The translations under genes were made by a program, and so were the position numbers. A stretch of 64,000 bases of DNA, from the NCBI GenBank assembly GCA_017447875.1, contig JAFSMP010000022.1, forward strand, positions 366 to 64,365. Reading direction: 5' to 3'. Below are positions 28,101 through 36,087 of the stretch, piece after piece. A model generated the notes under the pieces. The model did not search any database. It was not told where the DNA came from and saw nothing but the letters and a program-made list of their open reading frames with translations. Every line of letters starts with the position of its first letter. Position 1 is the stretch's first letter. Source of the DNA: Paludibacteraceae bacterium (lineage in GTDB: Bacteria; Bacteroidota; Bacteroidia; Bacteroidales; Paludibacteraceae).

Positions 28101-29839
28101 TCTAAAGTAACGACTGTATCTGCAACCGTCGCTTCTGTTCGGGAATAATAGAAGTTGGTATCTTGATCTTTGATAGCGATATAACTGCCCATCGCACAGT
28201 TGATGGTCAATTTGCCATCTCGGAACATATACGTATCATTAAAGGTACTATATGCTGATTCTCCGGCATCCTCTCCGTTAATCCAGCCGATGGCATACCA
28301 CTTGGTCTCGTTGTTGGTTGTACCCGTCGAGGTAGTATCCGTCGGAGTAACAGACGCACCGCTATTGAATTTGCAGGTGACGATATTCGATGCCTCGGTG
28401 ATATCCGTCAGAGCACGGTCACTAATTGGTGAGTAGGTATTTACATTCTTCGTGCCGGGGAAGGTATTCCACGGACAGTTGTTTGTACCACCGGTGTCCG
28501 TGCCGATTTTCGTACCGGACGCGGAAACAACGGTATAATACGGGCTGTTCGCCGTGTTATTCGGCTCGTTGTTGGTCCATTTGGAGGCATTGAAATTCAC
28601 TTGCCATACGAGCATGCCGTGACCGGTGAGCGGTGCATCCCAACCTGTTTGCTGGCGGTTCTCGATATAGTATCGCTCACCGGAAGTGGTCGGCCCCACA
28701 TAACTGCCCGAAGCGTTGATCTGATATGCCTGGTAGTTCTCCGTGCCGTTAGCGTAGAGCGTCACGTTCTGAGGCTCACTGCCCAGATTAACCGGCGTAT
28801 GCCAGCCGAAGAAGTCTTTCTGCCATGGGTCGTAGTTAGGCGGACAATGACCATCCGCATTATAACTACCCAGGTCCATAATATTCCAGTCGTTCGGCGT
28901 GAGGCAACTCTCGTAGTTGGTATTGTAATTGGTGTCATACAAATCCGGAAGACCCATGACATGTCCGAACTCGTGACAAAGCGTACCGATACCGCATAAG
29001 CTATTGCTCGACAGCTCACTCGACATAGCATAGTTTTCAATCACTTTGCCGCCTACTTTGCACTCCGAAGCGGTGTAGGTACAATAGCCGCTTGAACGAG
29101 CATCACTCACCTTCCAGTTGTGCGGCCAGATGGTCTCGGACGAACCGCCGTCTGCTTGACCTTTGCCGGCATAGATGACATAGACGAAGTCAATATATCC
29201 GTCATTGTCGGAGTCGTAGTCTGCCCAGTTAATGGTGTCCTGTTGGTTCGCCAGGATACACGCCTCCACCACAACGTCCGTCGCGTGCTGGTCATCGCCT
29301 TCTTCATTATTTTTATCTGCTCCGTAATAGGAGAGTGCGCGGCTCAAGGTGACAGGACCATAAACGTCAAACTGCGGACGGTAAGCACCCTTACTCTGGT
29401 CTGCAAAATACTGTGCAGCCGAAGGATAACCGCTATTGACCGTGCAGTTCAAAGAATTGCACAACTCGTCAAACGTAGCCTGCGTATGACCGGACTGCAT
29501 GCTCTTGTCGGAGAAATTAGCCAGGATGACTACACCCTTCGGCGCCAGATTCGGCGTAGTGCCTATATCTTTGCGCTGACGGCGTGCCACGGCTTTGGCG
29601 CGACGCGCCTTGACCACTTCCGCTGTAGGAGCCTCGCCCACTACCTGGTACACACCGTTGGTCTCACGCACCTGCTGACCCGCGCGGTTGATGGTATAGT
29701 GATAGAACTCGTCACCGATGGTCATTACCTCAATGACGGAACCGTCGGTTTGGGTTACCGTGCGCCACTGACGGTGGGCAGGAACAGCCCACAACCCAAC
29801 CGTACTCAATACAGCTAACAGAAGGAAAAGCTTTTTCAT
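25154..29839 (-). CDS. M6-family (immune inhibitor A-like) metalloprotease, multidomain, with T9SS C-terminal sorting domain
   Basis: Signal peptide; HEFGHVMGLPDLYD (HExxHxxGxPDxY). A Listeria-Bacteroides-repeat-like segment (FEGWSDGN). C-terminus KFLMNGQLFILRDGKLYNALGVQV is typical of T9SS CTDs. Confidence 0.88.
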   Translation of the reverse strand: MKKLFLLLAVLSTVGLWAVPAHRQWRTVTQTDGSVIEVMTIGDEFYHYTINRAGQQVRETNGVYQVVGEAPTAEVVKARRAKAVARRQRKDIGTTPNLAPKGVVILANFSDKSMQSGHTQATFDELCNSLNCTVNSGYPSAAQYFADQSKGAYRPQFDVYGPVTLSRALSYYGADKNNEEGDDQHATDVVVEACILANQQDTINWADYDSDNDGYIDFVYVIYAGKGQADGGSSETIWPHNWKVSDARSSGYCTYTASECKVGGKVIENYAMSSELSSNSLCGIGTLCHEFGHVMGLPDLYDTNYNTNYESCLTPNDWNIMDLGSYNADGHCPPNYDPWQKDFFGWHTPVNLGSEPQNVTLYANGTENYQAYQINASGSYVGPTTSGERYYIENRQQTGWDAPLTGHGMLVWQVNFNASKWTNNEPNNTANSPYYTVVSASGTKIGTDTGGTNNCPWNTFPGTKNVNTYSPISDRALTDITEASNIVTCKFNSGASVTPTDTTSTGTTNNETKWYAIGWINGEDAGESAYSTFNDTYMFRDGKLTINCAMGSYIAIKDQDTNFYYSRTEATVADTVVTLEWANGWNGAQKWAIPEGTNYIIIREASPKGSITLERVNKATYDAYPFTPTDTIPDTPKDTIPTAAILATMYDVTNNMVLCLQFVDDAKVCGDVYFVGENNNWGKGTGTVESFDNCLKFQQVPGFEGWYAVEVPFTGSFEGKPMHVSEDKAWTWDYQCGDVNAWSYVSGKRLQLTAGYTGECNVAYASAGAYIYRLKYWKKHNNPCEAQITRDYTIRLYAPDACPEMKPAIIGDFNNWSVNMPMREEEDASGRTVYTYTLTDVVGHTFKIREENDTAWTNEMQYYWAEEDYWVAFPNIELGMTETLELDWSDNDNYRFAQCVSGSSIDDPVYTIVLSDPVCEENPEFFPMILCNGGSLNFERGDYMGSEAWMATVHAQPGSYYQLLEANYSYGNQLQYLDSTTGWWWSFLPRPFPESVEDTTVLVFDYSNPERYRYPLCGKLHYDDSTYVNINVTLKAPAGAPEKIAIVGDFISGLYNSWEKGSLMTYKNGEYRVTVKATANSQFKFREYKGYSNYIEYTDGGAMENLVFGEFMDTANNVYVDLSNTARYRWVEWSDYIPKEIYSVTVQADNTENGSVTGGGEYNEGETAVIMAKPRMDCVFEGWSDGNQLNPRSVTVMSDTAFTAVFRRNIPIQPVEMFDTMYFTAADTTLIAVRVYAPSEIEPYDKLIIATVDNKNIMGSQALIAGNEQNYRSTVTYTPNMNIATVSVVEVVPNGTYYRLRVEDGELAPRCEDCYQKLNQLYAVPVGADWYFTQYGKSVVPEAAAYANRMILYNEEAPRFSSYRQVTGLEREQTTVFKLNAKRVIPQEPTVVEEDLSALVEEENPMDEATVAMEVEPADTIAVISMPYVEFVHSFTLIVWADEARTQVLMMITYDASGHVISVTKPNAVRRLMPREEGEVTFEIDDLEPETTYPYTLVACEDDGSILTSLNSSFTTTNGTEGIRNVFDHSSHTVKFLMNGQLFILRDGKLYNALGVQVKHL

Positions 29840-29864
29840 ATGTATTGTATTTTTGTTTCGGCTG

Positions 29865-29896
29865 CAAAATTACAACAAATATTTGGAATAAACAAG
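29865..29896 (-). promoter_or_regulatory. promoter of the M6 protease gene (CTTG-N20-TAATTTTG)
   Basis: Minus strand CTTGTTTATTCCAAATATTTGTTGTAATTTTGCAGCC. The -7 box lies 26 nt upstream of the ATG. Confidence 0.7.
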
Positions 29897-30065
29897 GATT
29901 TTACGATAAAAATCAAATTTACTTGAGTTTTTAGCGGGAAATGCTTGTTATTCTTAGCTATCGCACGATTATTTCGCACTACTGTGCGACTGTACCTTCG
30001 GGGGGAATGCGAAGCAGGCGGAGTCCGAAATTACAACAAATTGCCGAAGTTACTACATTTTTAAG

Positions 30066-30100
30066 CAAAAAACCACCGCGGCTCTCACGAGTGACGGTGG
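30066..30100 (-). terminator. rho-independent terminator (second of two) after the 1439-aa gene
   Basis: Minus strand CCACCG...CGGTGG stem followed by TTTTTTG. Confidence 0.65.
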
Positions 30101-30115
30101 CAAATATAAAAATAT

Positions 30116-30146
30116 TATGAAAAATACCCTCCCTCCTCGGGAGGGG
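30116..30146 (-). terminator. rho-independent terminator (first of two) after the 1439-aa gene
   Basis: Stem CCCTCCC/GGGAGGG with a 5-nt loop, followed on the minus strand by TATTTTTC. Confidence 0.7.
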
Positions 30147-30192
30147 TCTGACATGGTGTGTCTTTATATAGTGTTGCCTATATACATAATGA

Positions 30193-33100
30193 TTAGTTTA
30201 CTTTATTTCCGATTGCATCAAATACGTTGCCGTCGCGAACGATATACAATACACCATCTACCATGATCTTCTTGATTTGTAATTGGTCATTGGTCATTTG
30301 TGATTGTTCGATACCGGTCGGAATATTTGCGATTGGTGATATTTCAAGCAAGAATCGGTCATCGTAAGTACCGGGTTCCAAATTAACGGTATAATCCGTC
30401 AACGCAAGGTTCGTGCGGGTATTGGCAACATTATCCACCAATGTGATACCCGTTCCATACGTCCCTTCCGGCATCGCAAAGGTATATTCACCGGTTTGTG
30501 CAATCATCACACCTACCGGCACAATGCTGGTCGTATCTGGCAGACAATTACCCGCCATCTTGTAGTAACCTGCAATAGTGTAGAGATTATCTCCTGTGGA
30601 GCTGGTCAATTTACTCAAATCCATATTAAGATCATAACCTTCCGTTGCACCCTCTGCTATACGGCTGATATAAGTCACATCAGCTTGTACCGTACCACGC
30701 ATCAGCGTCAATTTCAATGTCTGGTCCCCTGTTTCGTCATTCGTCCGTTTCGGCGCTTTGAGTTCTACAAGCGGGTTAGAAGCATCATATGGAGCCCAAG
30801 TTATATCACCCGCATATTGTACCAAATAAGCATGCGTGGCTTTGTATTCAAAGGAACTAAATGAACTATTGGTTTTCACTGTGTATTTTGGATTTGTATT
30901 AGCGGCCCATGTATAGAAGAACTTCAATGTGCCTTTCACATCTGGCGATGTTGGATACGTATCACCCCATGTCGGACTGGTGATCTTCGTACTATTGAAA
31001 CTCGGGGAGCCGATAATATTCCAGTTGGAGTCTATCGCACGACGATCATAACGCGGGTTACCTTCGTTAGTCTGCGGTTTGTCATCTTTTCCTCTCCATT
31101 TATCGCACGTGTGCGCCGGTACGGTAGAGGTCATACTTGTTGCCAGACCGTCACCGGCTGCATTTTTTATAAGGCCCAAACTCAAATCGGTACCCATAGA
31201 CGGGAAATAGAGATAGAGTTTGTTATCGCCGGAATCATCAGCAAAGACTCTTGTGGAGCTATGATCGCCGTCCAAATTGGTCACGCGAAGCACATATCCT
31301 TGTCCTGCTTTCAATGTGTCTGTTCGAGCCATATCTTCCCACCATGTTTCGGTCTCTGCCCACCAACCTTGTTGTGCACGCAAATCACCGCGATAACGTT
31401 GCAGTACCCATTTATCATTATCGCCGCTTCCATATTTAGTGATACCGAAGATGTCACCGATGTAGCAGTCATACGGCAATGCTATCCAATAGTATTCATC
31501 GCACCAAGAATCGGCATCAATACGACGACTTGTGTATTGTGCAGAGTTGCGCCAACTTGCCTGCAACAGCTCAAGCACGGTGTAAATCTTGGTAATTTTG
31601 GTTAACGTGATTTTATCATTATCCAGATCCGCTTGTTGAATATTCAACACAGTCGGAGCTCCGTTTTCAGTACGTACTGCCATCAAGTTAGACTCCAAGT
31701 CGAAACCTGTAATCTCACCTGTCGGTTTCCATGCGGCAATCAAACGGTTGGTCTTGAAATCGTAATCAATCTCAACCACATAAGATGTTAGTGAGTTTCC
31801 GCCAATTAATTTATTGTTGAGTGCCAACGTCTGCGTACCATCATTATATCTACTCGTTACGGTTGCACGAGATTGTCCCTTTACCTGAGCACTGATGTTA
31901 TATACCCAGTTGGTTGCATCGCCAAACGAAGCTGGATTAGAATAGGTATCATTGTCATAAGAAGCTCCTGTCATGACCGTACTGGCAGCGGAACCTTTCA
32001 GTTTAATATCCGAACCGCTACCGGAAACGATAGCGCGCTCAAAGAAGTTGGTCTCCGGATTATAGCCGAAACGCACATTACCTCCCGAAGCAGATGTTGC
32101 GCCCTTGGGGGCAAATGCATCTGCAGCCAAGATTCCTGCGAGATTATCATTGTATTGGTTTCCTACAGTGGCCACTAAATTATGTGATCCGCTAATCCAA
32201 TCCACCCAATAATAGTTATACAAATCATCGAAGACAGAACTTGTCTCAAAGTGGATAAATTTAGTACCGGATGTACCCGGCTTGCTTTCACCGTCCTCAA
32301 GATAGTTCTCAGAAGTAACCTTCATATGGATATGATAGTCGCCGTCAAATTTCTTTACATCTGTCAAACCACCACCATTGGTTCTTGCGGTAAACACAGC
32401 ACCTTTGTCACCAACACTGAAATAAGATGACATATCAATAGTCGTTTCAGTACCATCTGTTTTTACCAGTTTTACAACACATCGGTTATTATTGGCAGCG
32501 AAGAACGACATTGTATCTTCAGTTGTCGCTACTACATTTGAATAATAGATGGTGTCTGTACTTAATGTCGTTTTGATATAGTATGCTGTAGGTCTTAGTG
32601 CACCTGTATATTCTGCCAACGTGTTGCCGCTATTAGTAAAGTAAGCATAATCCGAGGCGCCTTTATCTCCTGTTTTATTGGAATTACCTCCATCCGAAAC
32701 CATAAAGCGCGGATAGTCGTTGCTGACATCAAAATACCACCAGTTAGATGTCCCTAACCGATGCATTTGTTTTCCTGGGAATGCCAATTCCGATACGTTC
32801 GCATCTGTATGGGTAGTTCCTGAACAGTTATTGGTGTACCAGCAATGCAACCAAACCGTTCCATAATTCTGCTGATTATATACCCAGACGCGGACACTAC
32901 CGGCTTTTTTCATAGACACAGAACGTCCAGACGATTCACCACGCGCATAACCGTTCTTCGCCCATGCTTTGACAGTATATGTCTCGCCTTCTTTCAAACC
33001 AGTAATAGTCTTATAGAAATAACCGGAAGCATCATCAATAACACAATCCGCATTGTAGTTTACGCTATTGCTTTCAGAATCTGTAAGCGTGAATCCGCAC

Positions 33101-34512
33101 TCATAACCATTATTCACATAGTTAATATCATAGCCGAAATTGGTAATATGACCTGTCAGCGCCAAAATAGTCTTACCAGCCTCTGCATAATCAACGACAA
33201 CGGTAGGAGCCGTTAAGTTGGCGACATTGTCGAAGACTTCATCTATATCCGTTTTGTCATTCTTACAGTGAATTTGGTATCCATGATTTGCCATTGATGA
33301 ACTAATCGTCAAATTAACCGTCTGATCTCCCGCATTACATGCATTATTACTCGGAGAACTATTTGCAGAAACAAGGAAGTTCGTCCATCGGTTACTCAAA
33401 TTGGTTGTCCACCATTTACCTGTACCCCAATCATTATACGATGTTAGTAACTGGAACCCGCTATTCCCAGAACCATTCCACTGCTTAATATATGGCGTTA
33501 GCCATGGTTTATCATTGGTTGTACGGAAATAAACAGGATAAAATTTCTCAACAGTAAAAGTAATTTTATATAAATTGTCATTATTATTCCATTCTTTATC
33601 TCCTAGAGAAGAACAACTAACCCAAGTTTTATACCAAAATTCCAGAGTATATGATTCACCTGGTGTTAGGTCATATTCAGAGAACACATTAACAATGCCA
33701 TCATCCTTAGAAATTTTCTGATTCTTAGCATCACCGTCTCCTCCATAATCATCAAAAACTATTTCTTTCCATTTAGACGAACCGCTTCCTTGATTCTCAT
33801 GTGTTATGTTATCTGAACCATGCCATAAACGATAGTTGAACGCTCCTCCTGTTCCATCCCAACACTTGCTATAGTCCCAATTGCGGTAAATAAACACACT
33901 CGCTGCAGTAATGTTTAGGCCACTAATAACACCTACATTATTAGGATTATACGGATAATTGGGATCAGTATTATTATTGACCGTATACGTCGTTGCAGCA
34001 CCTCCATCTTTCTCGATAGTGATATCTGCTTTGTAAATACCATAATCATCCGCCCATGTATTACCAATCCCAAAAGTCAGGAACAGAGCCAATATGGCAA
34101 TATATTTTGTAGAATTTTTCATATCGGTTGTTTGATTAATCTGTTTGCGTTTACGAATAAAAATGATTCCTATAAATCCCAAAGCAAGTATCACCATTAC
34201 CCACGGTTCGCCAATAGGCGACAAGTCCGTACCGGAAGTTGCTTCTCCTGGAGTACGACTTTTTCTTGGACCGCTCGGTGCCTTTGCCGGTGAGTAACTT
34301 GCTCCCACCGCACTCTGCTCCGAAGGAGTCGAATTGCTGAATGGCTCATATACCGTTCCATTGTACGTCCCACCGCTCATGATCTGTTGACTTTGTATAG
34401 CCGTTTGTTGCTGTTCCGCAGCCCCAAACACCTGTCCCCACGCGGTGTTAATACATGTCATCAATAGCCCGATAGCTATCAATAATGATTTAAGAAATAA
34501 ATGTTTTTTCAT
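30193..34512 (-). CDS. very large T9SS-sorted surface protein of unknown function (alternative start at 34122)
   Basis: C-terminus KKIMVDGVLYIVRDGNVFDAIGNKV is typical of T9SS CTDs. Beta-rich, N/T/Y/W-rich body with carbohydrate-binding-module-like segments (VWVYNQQNYGTVWLHCWY...WWYFDV). Two successive signal peptides (aa 1-26 and aa 131-155). Confidence 0.8.
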   Translation of the reverse strand: MKKHLFLKSLLIAIGLLMTCINTAWGQVFGAAEQQQTAIQSQQIMSGGTYNGTVYEPFSNSTPSEQSAVGASYSPAKAPSGPRKSRTPGEATSGTDLSPIGEPWVMVILALGFIGIIFIRKRKQINQTTDMKNSTKYIAILALFLTFGIGNTWADDYGIYKADITIEKDGGAATTYTVNNNTDPNYPYNPNNVGVISGLNITAASVFIYRNWDYSKCWDGTGGAFNYRLWHGSDNITHENQGSGSSKWKEIVFDDYGGDGDAKNQKISKDDGIVNVFSEYDLTPGESYTLEFWYKTWVSCSSLGDKEWNNNDNLYKITFTVEKFYPVYFRTTNDKPWLTPYIKQWNGSGNSGFQLLTSYNDWGTGKWWTTNLSNRWTNFLVSANSSPSNNACNAGDQTVNLTISSSMANHGYQIHCKNDKTDIDEVFDNVANLTAPTVVVDYAEAGKTILALTGHITNFGYDINYVNNGYECGFTLTDSESNSVNYNADCVIDDASGYFYKTITGLKEGETYTVKAWAKNGYARGESSGRSVSMKKAGSVRVWVYNQQNYGTVWLHCWYTNNCSGTTHTDANVSELAFPGKQMHRLGTSNWWYFDVSNDYPRFMVSDGGNSNKTGDKGASDYAYFTNSGNTLAEYTGALRPTAYYIKTTLSTDTIYYSNVVATTEDTMSFFAANNNRCVVKLVKTDGTETTIDMSSYFSVGDKGAVFTARTNGGGLTDVKKFDGDYHIHMKVTSENYLEDGESKPGTSGTKFIHFETSSVFDDLYNYYWVDWISGSHNLVATVGNQYNDNLAGILAADAFAPKGATSASGGNVRFGYNPETNFFERAIVSGSGSDIKLKGSAASTVMTGASYDNDTYSNPASFGDATNWVYNISAQVKGQSRATVTSRYNDGTQTLALNNKLIGGNSLTSYVVEIDYDFKTNRLIAAWKPTGEITGFDLESNLMAVRTENGAPTVLNIQQADLDNDKITLTKITKIYTVLELLQASWRNSAQYTSRRIDADSWCDEYYWIALPYDCYIGDIFGITKYGSGDNDKWVLQRYRGDLRAQQGWWAETETWWEDMARTDTLKAGQGYVLRVTNLDGDHSSTRVFADDSGDNKLYLYFPSMGTDLSLGLIKNAAGDGLATSMTSTVPAHTCDKWRGKDDKPQTNEGNPRYDRRAIDSNWNIIGSPSFNSTKITSPTWGDTYPTSPDVKGTLKFFYTWAANTNPKYTVKTNSSFSSFEYKATHAYLVQYAGDITWAPYDASNPLVELKAPKRTNDETGDQTLKLTLMRGTVQADVTYISRIAEGATEGYDLNMDLSKLTSSTGDNLYTIAGYYKMAGNCLPDTTSIVPVGVMIAQTGEYTFAMPEGTYGTGITLVDNVANTRTNLALTDYTVNLEPGTYDDRFLLEISPIANIPTGIEQSQMTNDQLQIKKIMVDGVLYIVRDGNVFDAIGNKVN
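30275..30309. repeat. degenerate heptamer array x5 (ATTGGTC)
   Basis: atttgta attggtc attggtc atttgtg attgttc. It encodes EQSQMTNDQLQI just N-terminal to the T9SS CTD. Confidence 0.85.
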
Positions 34513-34823
34513 AATGTATTATTATATTTATTATTTTCGTTTTCCTGCGTCAATTAGTCCCGGATCATATCCGGCTTCTATTTTGTCCGTTGCTTCGTAC
34601 TCTATCCTGTATTTCTGTTTTCGGCTTGTTTTCTTCTATCGTTTTCGTTTTTTGTTTTCCTTTATTTTTTTGGTTATAATATTTGCTTTACACTTTCTGC
34701 ACTTTCTCTCCCAACTGCCCACCTTCGTCCGTTTCCGGTAATTCTATTCTGGTTCTTTTCTCTTGGTCCTTTTTGCTATTTTGTATTAATCGTCAAATGT
34801 TCTATTTTAGGTCTTTCTCGGGA

Positions 34824-34845
34824 GATGGTCCCGTGATGGTCCCGT
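34824..34845. repeat. perfect 11-nt tandem duplication (GATGGTCCCGT x2)
   Basis: Read directly in the non-coding leader upstream of the 1439-aa gene. Confidence 0.95.
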
Positions 34846-35074
34846 TCTAATGTCCTATTTCTCCACTCCTATACATACACAAAAAAGCGGGACCACAATG
34901 CTGCTGTTCCGCTTCCTAAGGCTCTGGTATTGCCCTCTAATCCGAACAAGCAACACGAAAGCCCACGCTATTATGTATATATGTACGCACAATGCGCGTA
35001 CCTAAATACACTCCATGAGCATCTTGTGTCGCAGTGTTTTGGATTATTTATGAATTTACCAGATTCTAGGAAGC

Positions 35075-35103
35075 CAAAACAAAGCGCGTAAGACGCTTTT
35101 TTT
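35075..35103. terminator. symmetric (bidirectional-looking) hairpin terminator inside the long leader
   Basis: Stem AAAGCG/CGCTTT, loop CGTAAGA, flanked by an A-run upstream and T7 downstream on the plus strand. The minus-strand reading gives hairpin plus TGTTTTGG. Confidence 0.55.
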
Positions 35104-35195
35104 CAATATGTACTCACTTTTTTACGCTGTTGAGCCCAGCGGAATCGGATACATGCACACGTGCGTACGTAGCGCCTTTGCACCCAAATCGGCTG

Positions 35196-35227
35196 CAAAG
35201 GTAATAATTTTTTTTGATATCAACAAA
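35196..35227 (-). promoter_or_regulatory. canonical promoter (TTTG-N20-TACCTTTG) about 680 nt upstream of the 1439-aa gene
   Basis: Minus strand TTTGTTGATATCAAAAAAAATTATTACCTTTGCAGCC. This is the only TAnnTTTG match I find between prsW and the ATG at 34512. Confidence 0.65.
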
Positions 35228-35268
35228 TTTTTCTACAATAATCGTCAAAAAATCTTCTTTTTGCCTCT

Positions 35269-35293
35269 AAATCGCCCCGAAGAGCGATTTTTT
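35269..35293. terminator. hairpin downstream of prsW
   Basis: Stem AAATCGC/GCGATTT with an 8-nt loop. The T-run is on the plus strand, so its role as the prsW (minus) terminator is uncertain. Confidence 0.4.
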
Positions 35294-35358
35294 AGAGTCT
35301 CTCTATCAGTTCAAAGCACATGCGGGAGTTGTGATTTGTGATTTTTGCGAATTTTATG

Positions 35359-36057
35359 TTATTTTCGGTCTCGCTCGACCATGCTGATGAGTTTGCGTTG
35401 GGCTTCTTTTTGCATCTTGATGCAGAAATAGATGAGGACGGAGAAGGAGATACCACCGATGAGAGGGTTGACCGATCCGCTCAAAGCCAAAGCATCATAG
35501 ACCCCGTGCGCCATCACCGGTACGAGCAGGATGGATACGGCATTCTTGGCGGAGCGCTCCACGAAATGGTAGAGGGAGTAGTAATAGCCCATCAGCACGG
35601 CAAAGGCATAGTGTCCGGGGACAGAGAGCAAGGCGCGTCCGATGGCTGTTCCGAGCCAGTTCTCCTGGCCGTAGAGATAGAAGAAATTCTCCACGGCGGC
35701 AAAACCCAAACCGACGCAAACGGCGTAGACGATACCGTCATAATGCTCGTCAAAATAAGGGTTCTTGCGCAGGATGAGCCAAAGGACGAACAGTTTGGCG
35801 GTTTCTTCGGGTATGGCGGCTACGAAGAAGGCTTCGGCGGTGGTGCCGAAGAGAGATGTCGGTGATCCACCGGCGCCAAAGAGCATGGTCTGCACCCATT
35901 GCTCGGTAAAAGCGACCGGAATACAGATGGCGACGCCCCAAAGGATGGCTTTGATCAGTTGGCTGGCGGGTTCGGGTTGTGTGTCTTTCTTCCAGACGTA
36001 GAGCCAGAGTGCAAGCGCCGGGAGAATGGCAGCGATGAAGATGAGAAGTGTGTTCAT
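35359..36057 (-). CDS. PrsW-family intramembrane metalloprotease
   Basis: Polytopic, with AAIPEETAKL (EExxK) and AHGVYDA (HxxxD) motifs typical of the PrsW family. Confidence 0.8.
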   Translation of the reverse strand: MNTLLIFIAAILPALALWLYVWKKDTQPEPASQLIKAILWGVAICIPVAFTEQWVQTMLFGAGGSPTSLFGTTAEAFFVAAIPEETAKLFVLWLILRKNPYFDEHYDGIVYAVCVGLGFAAVENFFYLYGQENWLGTAIGRALLSVPGHYAFAVLMGYYYSLYHFVERSAKNAVSILLVPVMAHGVYDALALSGSVNPLIGGISFSVLIYFCIKMQKEAQRKLISMVERDRK

Positions 36058-36087
36058 AGCGTTTTTTTCATTGGAATTGTATATAAC

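Noticed and set aside
25880-28105. 741-aa plus-strand ORF, the longest unannotated ORF in the track.
   Set aside because: It lies entirely antisense to the M6 metalloprotease gene, which has clear motifs. Its translation is R/H/V/I-rich with no recognisable domain, signal or promoter. This is a typical shadow ORF of a long gene with strong codon periodicity.
34445-34741. 98-aa plus-strand ORF (FFYRFRFLFSFIFLVIIF...).
   Set aside because: It is a translation of the T-rich complement of the polypurine leader, an extreme low-complexity F/L/I/S peptide. It also overlaps the start of the 1439-aa gene.
35108-35341. 77-aa plus-strand ORF between two hairpins.
   Set aside because: It spans the minus-strand promoter (35196-35227) and A/T-rich spacer. 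It has no plus-strand promoter and no family resemblance. I kept the region as a non-coding leader/sRNA candidate instead.
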